DNA of 64,000 nucleotides from Diplonema japonicum (GCA_964019335.1 OZ025661.1:124001-188000); one strand, 5' to 3'; shown: positions 54,499 through 64,000, counted from the stretch's first letter. Program-made: numbers and translations. The notes: generated from the letters alone by a model not told the origin.

Positions 54499-55290
54499 TC
54501 AGTACTTTTTGAACAACCACCTCACGTCACCAGCAACGGACAGCACCGGGGGGGCGGAGGGGGTGGGTGTCTTGGAATCGTACTCTTTGAGTGTGTAGTA
54601 GATCCTTGAGGTGCCATGCTCAGCTGCAAATTGCATTGCCGTGACACCCTTCTTGACCCGCGTTGTTGGAGAAACGCCGAGGCTCAGAAGGCAATCGACC
54701 TCGTCGGCATGGCCACTCAGGATGCACCCCCTCATGATACTCCTCTTTTGAGTCGGTTTATATGTTTGAATTGCTGTTCTTGTTGCCTCGTTGCACTGGA
54801 CGTATGGTTCTGCGCTGCAGGAGAGGAGAGCACGCGTGGCGGTGCCGACGCCGCATAGGTGCCTGGCAGATCTTTCATTGTACAGAATGCCTTTGATGGC
54901 CCCTTTTTCGATGAGGAGCTTTGCTGCGGCAGCATTGTCGTTCTTGGCAGCCACCATGAGAGGGGTGTAGGATGATGTGTTCACCTGAGCGTTGCTGTCG
55001 ATCAGCAGCTCGCAAAGGTCAGGGCACCCCGCTGCAGCTGCCGCGTGGAGAGGCGTCAGATAACGTGATTTCACGGAGGGTCTCCCTGGTTTTTTACAAT
55101 GCTCCTTTTTGTAATTCACATCCGCCCCTTGTTCGATGAGGAGCTTGCACTTCTCGTATTGCCCTTTCCCCGCTGCGGAGATGAGCAAGGATCCACGAAC
55201 ATCCCCGTTGCCGCCAAGTTGACCCAAACACCGCACAGCCTCCTGCACCGCTATCTTCGCCCTTCCAAACAGCTGCTTCATCAAGAGCAT
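54499..55290 (-). CDS. Ankyrin-repeat protein, tandem paralog 1
   Basis: TPLHAAAAAG, TPLMVAA and GADVN motifs; paralogous to the next two genes. Confidence 0.88.
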   Translation of the reverse strand: MLLMKQLFGRAKIAVQEAVRCLGQLGGNGDVRGSLLISAAGKGQYEKCKLLIEQGADVNYKKEHCKKPGRPSVKSRYLTPLHAAAAAGCPDLCELLIDSNAQVNTSSYTPLMVAAKNDNAAAAKLLIEKGAIKGILYNERSARHLCGVGTATRALLSCSAEPYVQCNEATRTAIQTYKPTQKRSIMRGCILSGHADEVDCLLSLGVSPTTRVKKGVTAMQFAAEHGTSRIYYTLKEYDSKTPTPSAPPVLSVAGDVRWLFKKY

Positions 55291-55392
55291 CTACCCGGTG
55301 TGAACCTAAACACAACGAGTTACAAGCAAGACGGCTAAATCATAAATAAAAAGGGAGGGAGCAAATGAGAGATGGTGATGTATTGTCGTTCC

Positions 55393-56217
55393 TCAGGGAG
55401 CACACTGCCCTTCGAGGTGGGTAACGGAATGTTCCGTAGGTTTCGTGTAGAGATGGTGCTCCTTGAGCATGTACAAGATTCTCGGGGTGCCACGTTCCGC
55501 AGCAAATTGAACTGCTGTGACATCTTTCTTGTTGACCCGCGCTGTTGGAGGAACGCCTAGACTGAGGAGGAGGGCCACTTCGTCGGCATGGCCGCCCTGG
55601 ATGCACCCGTGCATGATACGGTTTCGTTGCCTGTTTGTACACTTCCGGAAAACAGCTTTTGTGAACTCGTTGCACTGTACGTATTCCTTGCTACCGCAGG
55701 ATAGTAAGGTGTGCGTGGCGGTGCCTTCTGTGCACCTCTCGAGCGCGGTTTTCTTATTGCAAAGAGTACCTTTGACAGCGCCCTTTTGGATGAGGAGTTT
55801 CACAGTGGCAGCGTTGTGGTTCCTGGCAGCAAGCATGAGTGGGGTGCATATGGAGTTGTATGTGGTGTTCACCTGAGCGTTGCTGTCGATCAGCAACTCG
55901 CACACATTAGGAAACCCTGCCGCGGCTGCTGCGTGCAGCGGCGTCTTCTGTCTGGCTTGTCCCGTCGTTTCATAGTTCACATCAACACCCAGATCGATAA
56001 GGAGCTTGCACTTCTCGAGCAGCCCATTCCCCGCCGCAGAGATGAGTAGCGGTCCATGCATTCTCCTGTATGTTTGACCTAAGTACCTCACAGCTTCCTC
56101 ACTGGTGCCGTGCAGCACAATCTTCTCCAACTGCTTGTAAGGCTTCGCTCTGCAAACCGTGGGCCGTGCCTTGCTTCCAAACAGCGTCCAGTTTGCAAGC
56201 TGCTTCATGAGATGCAT
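55393..56217 (-). CDS. Ankyrin-repeat protein, tandem paralog 2
   Basis: Same repeat layout as paralogs 1 and 3. Confidence 0.88.
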   Translation of the reverse strand: MHLMKQLANWTLFGSKARPTVCRAKPYKQLEKIVLHGTSEEAVRYLGQTYRRMHGPLLISAAGNGLLEKCKLLIDLGVDVNYETTGQARQKTPLHAAAAAGFPNVCELLIDSNAQVNTTYNSICTPLMLAARNHNAATVKLLIQKGAVKGTLCNKKTALERCTEGTATHTLLSCGSKEYVQCNEFTKAVFRKCTNRQRNRIMHGCIQGGHADEVALLLSLGVPPTARVNKKDVTAVQFAAERGTPRILYMLKEHHLYTKPTEHSVTHLEGQCAP

Positions 56218-56527
56218 CTAATCTGTAGTGTAAACCTATGCTTCATTTAAACACAAAGCAAGCCAAAGGTGGCGAGCGAAAGCAGGGTTATGACCCTCCG
56301 TTGAACGGCATGCGAGGTGGGCAGACGGAGAAGATGAGATTCTCCAGCACAAACTGCTAATGCACAACAAAGATCTTTCAATAAAAAACATGAGAGATGG
56401 TGTAAAAATGAGAGATGGAGAGAGGAACTGGCTGCTGCGCGTGCCAGGTAGAATTCTGGAGAACGTTTACAACCCCGTAAACACTTTGCCAAGACATGTC
56501 AAAAAAAAGAGAAAAAAAGAGCTCCTT

Positions 56528-57388
56528 TTAACATTCTTCGTGAAGACACGCGTCGTCACCCTCCTCGAAGGGTAAAGACTCGGTAATTGGGAGGGGTGCA
56601 CGCGGGGAGTGGTGCTTTTTGAGTAGGCGGCAGACCCTTGGGGTGCTATGCGTTTCAGCAAATTGCATTGCCGTGACACCCTTCTTGACCATCACTGTTG
56701 GAGGAACGCCTAGACTGAGGAGGAGGGCCACCTCGTCGGCATGGCCGCCCTGGATGCACCCCCGCATGACCATTGGCATGCGTGTTTGTCGTTTTCCTAT
56801 AACGACGGCTCTCGTGAGCTCGTTGCACGGGACGTACGAGCTGGTCCCGCAAGATAAGAGATCATGCGTGGCAGTGTCTAGGTTGCACCTCTCACGTGCT
56901 GTCTTATGGAGGTGGAGCAGGCCTTTGATGGCCCCTTTTTCGATGAGGAGCTTTGCTGCGGCAGCATTGTCGTTCTTGGCAGCCACCATGAGAGGGGTGT
57001 AGGATGATGTGTTCACCTGAGCGTTGCTGTCGATCAGCAGCTCGCAAAGGTCAGGGCACCCCGCTGCAGCTGCCGCGTGGAGAGGCGTCAGTTGCGCTGC
57101 GTTGCTTTTTCTGTCGTTTTCGTAGTTTACATCTGCACCCTGCTCGATGAGGAACTTGCACTTCTCAGATAATCCGTTCGCTGCGGCAGACATGAGCAAC
57201 CTCGTCTTCGTTATACTTCTTCGGTTCTTGTTCAGATCAGCCAAGATATTCATTGCTTCCTCGTCTGATCCCCATAACACGGCCTTCTCCACTCGTGGGT
57301 ATCCCAGTCGCAATAAATTCTTTTTGCCTGCTGGTGGGGCTTTCTTTCCTAACAGTACCCAGGTCGCAAGGCGCTTAAGATGGAACAT
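56528..57388 (-). CDS. Ankyrin-repeat protein, tandem paralog 3
   Basis: Same layout. Start chosen at MFHLKRL by analogy with MHLMKQL; the ORF extends to 57454. Confidence 0.85.
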   Translation of the reverse strand: MFHLKRLATWVLLGKKAPPAGKKNLLRLGYPRVEKAVLWGSDEEAMNILADLNKNRRSITKTRLLMSAAANGLSEKCKFLIEQGADVNYENDRKSNAAQLTPLHAAAAAGCPDLCELLIDSNAQVNTSSYTPLMVAAKNDNAAAAKLLIEKGAIKGLLHLHKTARERCNLDTATHDLLSCGTSSYVPCNELTRAVVIGKRQTRMPMVMRGCIQGGHADEVALLLSLGVPPTVMVKKGVTAMQFAETHSTPRVCRLLKKHHSPRAPLPITESLPFEEGDDACLHEEC

Positions 57389-58125
57389 TGTGTAAGTTCT
57401 GTGAATTATGGATGGGTTTGTGGTGCTCATGGTGAGCGTGTACAAGGCCGGCAAAGGGTGTCAAAGCTCCGTTGCGAAAAAAAAAAAAAAAAAAGAAAAA
57501 AGAAAAATGTAATTCGAAGTGTCGTTTAAGAAAAGACGAGAGAACGTGTTTTTTTTCTTTCATTCTTTTTTTCTTTTGCGCAATTATTTGCCTGTAAAAC
57601 AAACACCTTGTTCACTGCTTGTTCAAATTTAAAATAAAATAAAAAAGTCAAGCAGCGAAACAAACAAACAGAGAGGAATCTTGTGAAAGAGTGAGTAAAA
57701 GGGTGGAGGGGAGGGGGAGAGCAAAAAACGATTGCCACAAGAGAAGAGGGAAACACACACAAAAAAAAAAATTGTCTCGAATTTAGTGGTGCAATGTAGT
57801 ATGTGACACAGCGACCACCTTTTGTGAAACTTCAAAAAATGAAGCAAAAAGAAAAGAGAGGGAGGAGAAGCCAACAAAAAAAGTTGCCCCGGGAAATGAT
57901 TCCATAGGGCTTCCAAAGGACTGTGGGAGGAAATGGTGTTCGTGGGAGAAGAAAGGTTCAAGAGAAGGGGCGTGACCCGGAGTCACGGCAAATAAGTCCC
58001 CTTTTCATGAAACCAACATGTCCCCCGCGCCGTCTCCTTATAAACATTTTTTTGAATAATAAAAAAAGACGCTGTGCTTCTCGTTTCGTTCGTTTCGCTT
58101 TTTTCATTCTTTTCTTTTTCTACCC

Positions 58126-58953
58126 TCATCCGATGAGCTTGCACCACTCAGGAACATCGCACCTCGCCCTGCATTGGGCGTACCACTGGTTCTGTTGGTA
58201 GCAGCGGGCGGGAGCCTCGCAGCAGGAAGGGGAATCGATGCAGCCTCCCCACTCCGCGATGACGGGGCCGTTGCAGGGCCCTGCGGGAGGGGCATCTGTG
58301 GGAACCGGTGTCGGGACAGGGCTTGCGGCGTCCCCCGTCGGGGCCGGGGTGGGGAGGGGTGTCGGGACAGGGGTCGTGCTGCCCCCGTTGAAGTCGAGGT
58401 CGATGGCGTTGTAGAAGCTGGCCGCCGTGTCACCGACGTCCCAGATGGCGAGGACCACGTGGTAGCCGCTCCTCGTCGGGATCGTGCACGAGTGCGTCAC
58501 CACCATCGGCGGCTGCACCATCGCCCCGTCCACCGTGCAGAAGGGGCTGCTCTCCAAGGTCTCCCTCCCCAGAGGGGTCACCCCGTTCCACCCCTCCTTC
58601 GTGATGTAGTACCTCCAGTCCTGCGTGATGTGGTTCGCCGTGAACTGCCACGTGAAGTCCACAGGGCCGGAGCTGATCGATGTCTTCGCCCACCTCGTCG
58701 CCGACTGCTCGTTCAGGGCTGCCCAGTTGTCCTGCCCCGCCGCTGCGAGTGTCCCGTCCGCAGGGCCAGTCGCGGGGTACCTGTCCGCCCCCTCCACGCT
58801 CTGCGGCTCGTACTGCACCCCGCCGCAGTTTTGGTTCGTCCCTTCCTTGCAGGCGTAGTTCCTCGACACCGGAGCCTTCACATAGCCATGCCCGTGAGCA
58901 GACGCCAACAGCGTTGTCACACATACAAAGGGGCGCAGCAGCATCATGGTCAT
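58126..58953 (-). CDS. Secreted AA10 lytic polysaccharide monooxygenase with Pro/Thr linker and CBM1-like module
   Basis: Signal peptide then HGY (His1), YEPQSVE, FTANH (second His) and FYNAID. PT linker, then WGGC....CC.....CYQQNQWYAQC. Confidence 0.92.
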   Translation of the reverse strand: MTMMLLRPFVCVTTLLASAHGHGYVKAPVSRNYACKEGTNQNCGGVQYEPQSVEGADRYPATGPADGTLAAAGQDNWAALNEQSATRWAKTSISSGPVDFTWQFTANHITQDWRYYITKEGWNGVTPLGRETLESSPFCTVDGAMVQPPMVVTHSCTIPTRSGYHVVLAIWDVGDTAASFYNAIDLDFNGGSTTPVPTPLPTPAPTGDAASPVPTPVPTDAPPAGPCNGPVIAEWGGCIDSPSCCEAPARCYQQNQWYAQCRARCDVPEWCKLIG

Positions 58954-59392
58954 GGTGTACGAGATGAGTGTGTTGGTAACCTGTTTTTTTTTCCTCTTTT
59001 TCTTTTTTCTCTGTTCTTTGTTCGTTTTAATGAATGAAAAAAAGAGGGAGGGGTAAAAGAGAGAAAAAAAGGGGGAATGTCATCAGGCACGAAGGGGGGT
59101 CAGACAGCGCAGAGAAAAGCAATGCGCATCGTCTAAAGTATTCCGCATGTCCAGCTGGATGCGAATTTCTGCCAAAAAAAATAAAATAAAATAAAAAAGA
59201 GAGAGAAAGAGTTAGGGGGAAAGACATAAAATCAAAATTGAACGAATTGAGGAAAAGAAGCAAAGCAGGGTGGGGGGAAAATGAGACTTTCACCATCCCC
59301 TTTCTAGCCACATGCTTGAGAAAGATGTAGCAAACACCCTCCTTTTCTTTTTCTTTTTTCTTTTTGGAGAGAGTATCGAATGAAAAAAAAAA

Positions 59393-59436
59393 TATAAGAG
59401 TTAAAGGAAGTCTTTGTGAGACGCCCCCTTGTTCTC
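59393..59436. repeat. Dispersed 44-bp repeat, copy 3
   Basis: One substitution relative to 5354-5397. Confidence 0.9.
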
Positions 59437-59706
59437 AAAAAACAATCTGAAAAATAAAATAAAAACAGACAGGGAACGGGGGGGGAAAAAAAAAGAGATA
59501 AGAGGAGGTCACTTAAAATCGCTATATTTGACGCGATGAAGGAAGTTCCTGCTTAGGAAAAAAAAAAAATTGATCCATGGATGCATGGATGTGAGCCTTT
59601 TTATAGGAAGCTAGCAAAGATATTTTCTTCATTCTTTTTTTTTTTTTTTTTTTTCAAAACTCCATGATAAGGAACCTTTTGAGATTGGGGGAAAAAAAAG
59701 AATATA

Positions 59707-60852
59707 AAGGGGGGGGCCGAATAATTCCCTCCCAAATAATGTGTTTTTTCCCAAATAATTCTTTTTTTTTTCGGGGATTTTTCCGCTCCAAATTTCCCAA
59801 ATAATTCCCGACCCCTTTCTTTTTTTTGGGGGGGGGACCGGGGGGTGAGGGGGCCACAGTCGTGCAACGCTTTTCTCAGTTACGCCTGTGCAGGGTACTA
59901 GCCAACCTAACCCATGTATACACCCCTTTTTTGATCAAAAACTCGATTTCCGCCTGGTTTTGGGCACTTTTTGGGCACTTACGAGCAATTCTTTTGCATT
60001 TTGAACAGGGACCACGGGGGTTAGCACCTGGGGGTTATTGTGGGGGACTATTTTTCTTAACGCAAGAAGCTAGATGGTTCGTGATGAATGGTTCAAAATT
60101 TCATGGAACCACTTAGTTCGAAGGCGCTTTGTGGGTGGCCCGGGTGCTTCTGCGTTGCCGGAAGGCACGTGGATTCATGTGTTGACAGCTTATCCAGTAT
60201 TTGCTTTCATGGCCCGCAATGTCAATTCCATTCTTGAGCAAGATCCCAAAGCTGTGCCGTAGCCCACTGACAGTATTGTGAGGCTGCTTACGCAACTGCT
60301 CGACACCTTTAGCTGTATGCGGTCTCGCGGCTACCTTCCAGGTAGTTCCGAGGAGACCATACAGCTAAGGGCACTTAGCGAAGTAAGCACTTTGAAGGAG
60401 TCGGGCTTTAGACAGTGCAGCACAGAACGTAGTTGCGGGTGTTACAATGGACACTGCACCTGACGAGACTCCAGCAGCCTCCCAAGCCCTTGCAGCTTCT
60501 CAAGCCCCGACAGATTCTCAAGCCTCTCAGACCCCCGCAACCTCCCAGCAACCACCTAACGCCAAAACCAGGCGGTCTGTCTGCAACGTTTGTGGGTTCT
60601 CCACAGCCTGGGAGAAAAACTGTTTTAAAATTTCCCTTGGAAAAAAAAAGGGCATGAAAGAAATCTTGGCACGATTTGGCATGTTAAGATTTCCGAAGTG
60701 CTCTAAGCCCCGCTCCCTGCTTTCCATGTGGCAGGCGACCCAGCCCAAAGTACAACCCAAATAAGTGTATTCCAAATAATTCTTTTTTTTTTTGGAGCCC
60801 TAACACCCCCCCCTCCACTGCCCAAATAAAGGGATTATTCGGGGGGCCCCTT
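59707..60852. mobile_element. Non-autonomous TIR DNA transposon, superfamily unresolved
   Basis: Imperfect TIRs AAGGGG(N4)CCGAATAAT(T)CCCT flanked by TATA on both sides. Multiple subterminal CCAAATAA copies. Short plus-strand ORF remnant with CxxC (60447-60764). Confidence 0.7.
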
Positions 60853-60890
60853 TATATTTTTTTTTTTTTTTTTTTTTTTGTTCAAACTCA

Positions 60891-62351
60891 CTACTCCCGG
60901 AAAGGGGCCCAGTACCCCCCATTGTTGTCAGGGTTCCCAGCAGGATGGTACATGTTAGGTTGGGGCTCCACGTACGACCTGTTGACGTAAAACGCGATGC
61001 GCTCCTTAATCTGCGCAACCTTGTCGGGGTGCTGGACAACAACGTTGTGCTGCTCTGTAGGATCATCGATGAGGTTGAAGAGGTACTCCTCCGCCATGGA
61101 GGGGGGAGGGAGGTAAGTGTAAGGGGACACCGTCCAATACCCGTCGTAGTAGTCCGTCTGGCTGATGTTGGGCTTCACGATCAACTTCCACTCCCCGAGA
61201 ATGTGCGCCGTGAACTCCGTACCGGCACCGTAGATGTTGATAGGAACCTCCGTCCTGCTTTCGTTCCCCCCCTTGACGAGCGCTGACCACTGCGACACAC
61301 CATCAACGGCAGGAAGGGGAACAACACCCGCAGAATCAAGAATTGTTGGCAACCAATCAGCAGCATGGATCAAACCGGTAAATGTGGTCCCCCTCACAGA
61401 TGACGGGATCACGTTGACACCCCCCTGAACAAAGCCGATAGCTCGTACACCACCGTCAAACAGTGTTGTCTTCCCCGCCCTGAGGGGCCAGTTCGAACCC
61501 GAGGAGTACAGTCTCCCTGTTTTCTGCGCCATCGCGAAGTCCACCATCGCGCCGTTGTCGGTCGTGAGGATCATCAACGTGTCGTCCCACAGGTTGTTCT
61601 GCTTGTACATGTCCACAAGGCGTCCGATCGCCGTGTCCACCGCGTACATCATATTACAGTACGCCCTCCTACCTTCGGGGGACTTGTTCTCGCACTCCGT
61701 GCTGTTCACAGGCGGGTACTGCAGCGGGACGTGCATGTTTTGATGCGCGAAATACATGAAACTCGGCGTACCGGACTTCGAGATATCAGCGAGGTACTTG
61801 TCAGCGGTTTGCATGAAGGCGTCCACAGAGTACACACCGACAGGGGCGTCGGGGGTCTTCCCGTTCCAGAAGTCGTACCCGTTCAGGTTTGCAATGCTCA
61901 TGTTGTGGCCGTAGTAGTCCCCCATCCCTTGCATGTACCCTGTGTAGTGGTCGAAGCCTCGCTCTGTTGGGGTTTGCTCCCATTTCGAGTAGCCGATGTG
62001 CCACTTCCCGATCATGTAGGTGGAATACCCAGCTTTGCGGAGGTGTTCCGGGAGCGTAGGAACGTCTTGGGGAATCCCTGCGGTGCTCCCTGGAACGATC
62101 GTGTCCATGTGCTGGAGCCCCGTGGTGAAGGGGTACCGTCCTGTCATGAAGGCAGACCTTGTGGGGCTGCACACGGGTTGCATGTAGTACCTCCCGAGCT
62201 TGATCCCTTCCTCGGCCAGCTTGTCGATGGACGGGGATGGCATGTCTCCACCATTGTAGCCTACATCAGCCCATCCCAGGTCATCTACCACAAGCATCAG
62301 GACGTGAGGCTGGATGCTCACAACGGCTGCCACCGTGAGAATGGATAACAT
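60891..62351 (-). CDS. Secreted arylsulfatase B-like sulfatase
   Basis: DDLGW, CSPTR, GKWH, TDNG and RAGKTTLFDGG. Start at MLSILTV. Confidence 0.93.
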   Translation of the reverse strand: MLSILTVAAVVSIQPHVLMLVVDDLGWADVGYNGGDMPSPSIDKLAEEGIKLGRYYMQPVCSPTRSAFMTGRYPFTTGLQHMDTIVPGSTAGIPQDVPTLPEHLRKAGYSTYMIGKWHIGYSKWEQTPTERGFDHYTGYMQGMGDYYGHNMSIANLNGYDFWNGKTPDAPVGVYSVDAFMQTADKYLADISKSGTPSFMYFAHQNMHVPLQYPPVNSTECENKSPEGRRAYCNMMYAVDTAIGRLVDMYKQNNLWDDTLMILTTDNGAMVDFAMAQKTGRLYSSGSNWPLRAGKTTLFDGGVRAIGFVQGGVNVIPSSVRGTTFTGLIHAADWLPTILDSAGVVPLPAVDGVSQWSALVKGGNESRTEVPINIYGAGTEFTAHILGEWKLIVKPNISQTDYYDGYWTVSPYTYLPPPSMAEEYLFNLIDDPTEQHNVVVQHPDKVAQIKERIAFYVNRSYVEPQPNMYHPAGNPDNNGGYWAPFRE

Positions 62352-62673
62352 TTTTTTTACTTTTTTTTTTTTTTTTTTGCTAAGATCTGAAAAAGACGTG
62401 GCTTGCAATAGCACGGTGGTGGGGTGACAATAACAAAGTAACTATTTTGTGAAAAGAGAATCGGGGGGTGGAAGATAAAAAAAAAAATCCAAAACAACGC
62501 TTCATCAGAAGAACTGAGGGGGGGTTGGGAAGGGAGGGGGGAAAGGAAAGGAACAAAAAAAGGGGGTAGAGAGAGGGGGGGTTTTAAAAAAAATAATGAT
62601 TTTTCTTTTTCTTTGATAACTTCGGCCTCTTCTTATTTTTTTTCTTGTAACTAATTTTTTTTTTTTTTTTGTA

Positions 62674-63252
62674 TCACACTACTGGCATCCCTCCTTTCCT
62701 GGACTGTCTGCAGTTCAAATATTGGCGTTGTGTAGCTTCGCACCTACCTTGCCTCTTTGTAAGGCACATATAATGCCTGGGAAAAAAATTCTTTTTTTTT
62801 TTTAGCTCACTCATACGCAATATTCAGCAATTCACAGGTCTCCCAGGGCCGCGCGGGGTCATAGTCGGAACCAGATCTTGCTACAGCCAAGCCGTCCTTT
62901 TTTTTTTTTTAAAAAATGAAATTTTTTTTTCTTTTGTATACCTGAATAGTTTTTTGAAGCCCCACAGGCCTCTCCCACTGCGAAGAGCCACCCCTTTCGA
63001 AGTAATACGTGAAACCATTCTTTTCCCTGCTCCCCCACCGCGGCATGTACTGTAAGAAAAAAAAGTTGTTACACAAAAAAAAAATACCTCCGCACTAAAT
63101 TCCTGCACGCAGTCCCAGAAGCTCGACTCCGCATTGGGGTCTACCATAGTCTCTCTGTGTTGCTTCTTGCACGGGCCGATGGACGCCGCCGCGATGATAT
63201 CCAGTTTCAGACCAACATCAGAGTCCCCCTTGGCTTGTTGTGGTATCGCCAT
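62674..63252 (-). CDS. WW-domain + twin-CX9C protein (151 aa; introns 63050-63087, 62897-62941, 62777-62816)
   Basis: Manual splicing at three GT-AG introns gives PRWGSREKNGFTYYFERGGSSQWERP (WW) and CELLNIAHYMC-LTKRQGR-CEATQRQYLNC (twin CX9C). Confidence 0.75.
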
Positions 63253-63377
63253 TTTTTTTTTTTTTTTTCTTTTCGCCTTTTTTTTCTTTTTTTTTGCCGC
63301 CACGGTTTCCTCAAAAAGAAGAAAAAAAAAATACTGGTTAAAAAAAAAAAAGTAATTGTTACCCCCATTTTTTTTTT

Positions 63378-63692
63378 TTACCCGTGTTTCCACAGGAGTA
63401 TTTGGTGCTCACCCAACGTAAAGTGAATAAATTTCATGGACTCGTAAGTGCAGTGTGCGCCGAAGCTCTTCCCATACACGCAGTGCCACCTCCCGGGCCC
63501 TAACACCTTGTCAGCTTCTTTTTTAATACACATTGCGATATCCCGTTCTGTGGCCTGCTCCTTTACGTTCAAGGCGGCCTGTGCAAACTCCACTGCTTTC
63601 TGTTGCTCCTCTTCTGCCATGTAAGCGGTGACAATTGACACTTTCCTCTCAACAACCTCTTTCTGGTCCTTGTCTTTCCGATCGGTGGCCAT
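63378..63692 (-). CDS. Dynein light chain, LC8 type
   Basis: MAEEEQQKAVE..ERDIA..IKKE.DK..G..WHCVYGKSFG..TYE..FIHF..ILLWK. Confidence 0.92.
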   Translation of the reverse strand: MATDRKDKDQKEVVERKVSIVTAYMAEEEQQKAVEFAQAALNVKEQATERDIAMCIKKEADKVLGPGRWHCVYGKSFGAHCTYESMKFIHFTLGEHQILLWKHG

Positions 63693-63805
63693 CTTCTCCA
63701 CGCAGCCCTCCCCCCTCTTACTGTGTGTGTAGATGTGTGACGATACATATGGGGGAATAGATGTGACAAAAAAAAGAGGGGGGGTGTGGAAACACCGTCG
63801 TTATG

Positions 63806-64000
63806 TCAGTGGACCGATTTACAGATTAGCAAGGAAGGCTCCTTGAGCCCCTCGAAAAGGGTTTGCTTTAGAAACGCCGGGTTCACGGGAACGGGGGTCC
63901 ATCTCTTGTGTTTCAGGCCCCACACGGAGAGGAACCGTTCTGAAATGTTCTCGGCGGCAGACAGTGAGGCGTGAGAGAGCAGGATACTGACAGCGCTGAA
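63806..64000 (-). CDS. 3' end of a coding sequence running off the window
   Basis: Open frame from the window edge (FSAVSILL...LICKSVH*) on the coding strand. Confidence 0.55.
   Translation of the reverse strand, partial: FSAVSILLSHASLSAAENISERFLSVWGLKHKRWTPVPVNPAFLKQTLFEGLKEPSLLICKSVH

Noticed and set aside
29859-59037. Long plus-strand ORFs (29859-30845, 52541-53257, 58174-59037 and similar)
   Set aside because: Antisense shadows of well-supported minus-strand genes, with no recognisable motifs.

Overview
This is eukaryotic nuclear DNA. About 30 protein-coding genes all lie on the minus strand, separated by spacers rich in A/T and G/C homopolymers. The unidirectional cluster, a trypanosomatid/fungal-type cyclase domain, a PPCxHNxW-CxxC-CCCH zinc finger, sulfatases, a bacterial-type LPMO and tiny GT-AG introns suggest a euglenozoan, most likely a diplonemid (inference). 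Recognisable genes: Spinster-type MFS, MPPED-type phosphoesterase, EF-hand-AFG1 ATPase, SCP/FCP1-type HAD phosphatase, two ARSB-like sulfatases, SRP receptor beta, PB1-fused serine decarboxylase, a PPR protein, an ankyrin triplet, an AA10 LPMO-CBM1 and an LC8-type dynein light chain. Manual splicing gives ten introns of 37-62 nt, four ending in an A-run plus AG. It also recovers genes that the ORF track misses or mis-models: a tandem pair of 59-aa microproteins and a WW + twin-CX9C protein. Mobile DNA is diverse: two deleted piggyBac copies, two diverged retroelement-like 3' ends with a conserved stem-loop, a hAT-type MITE nested in a foldback element, a TIR element, and two elements with different interiors that share a hairpin + asymmetric inverted repeat design with GNA-triloop DNA hairpins. 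No rRNA, tRNA or CRISPR array was supported. All calls come from reading the sequence by eye; no searches were run.
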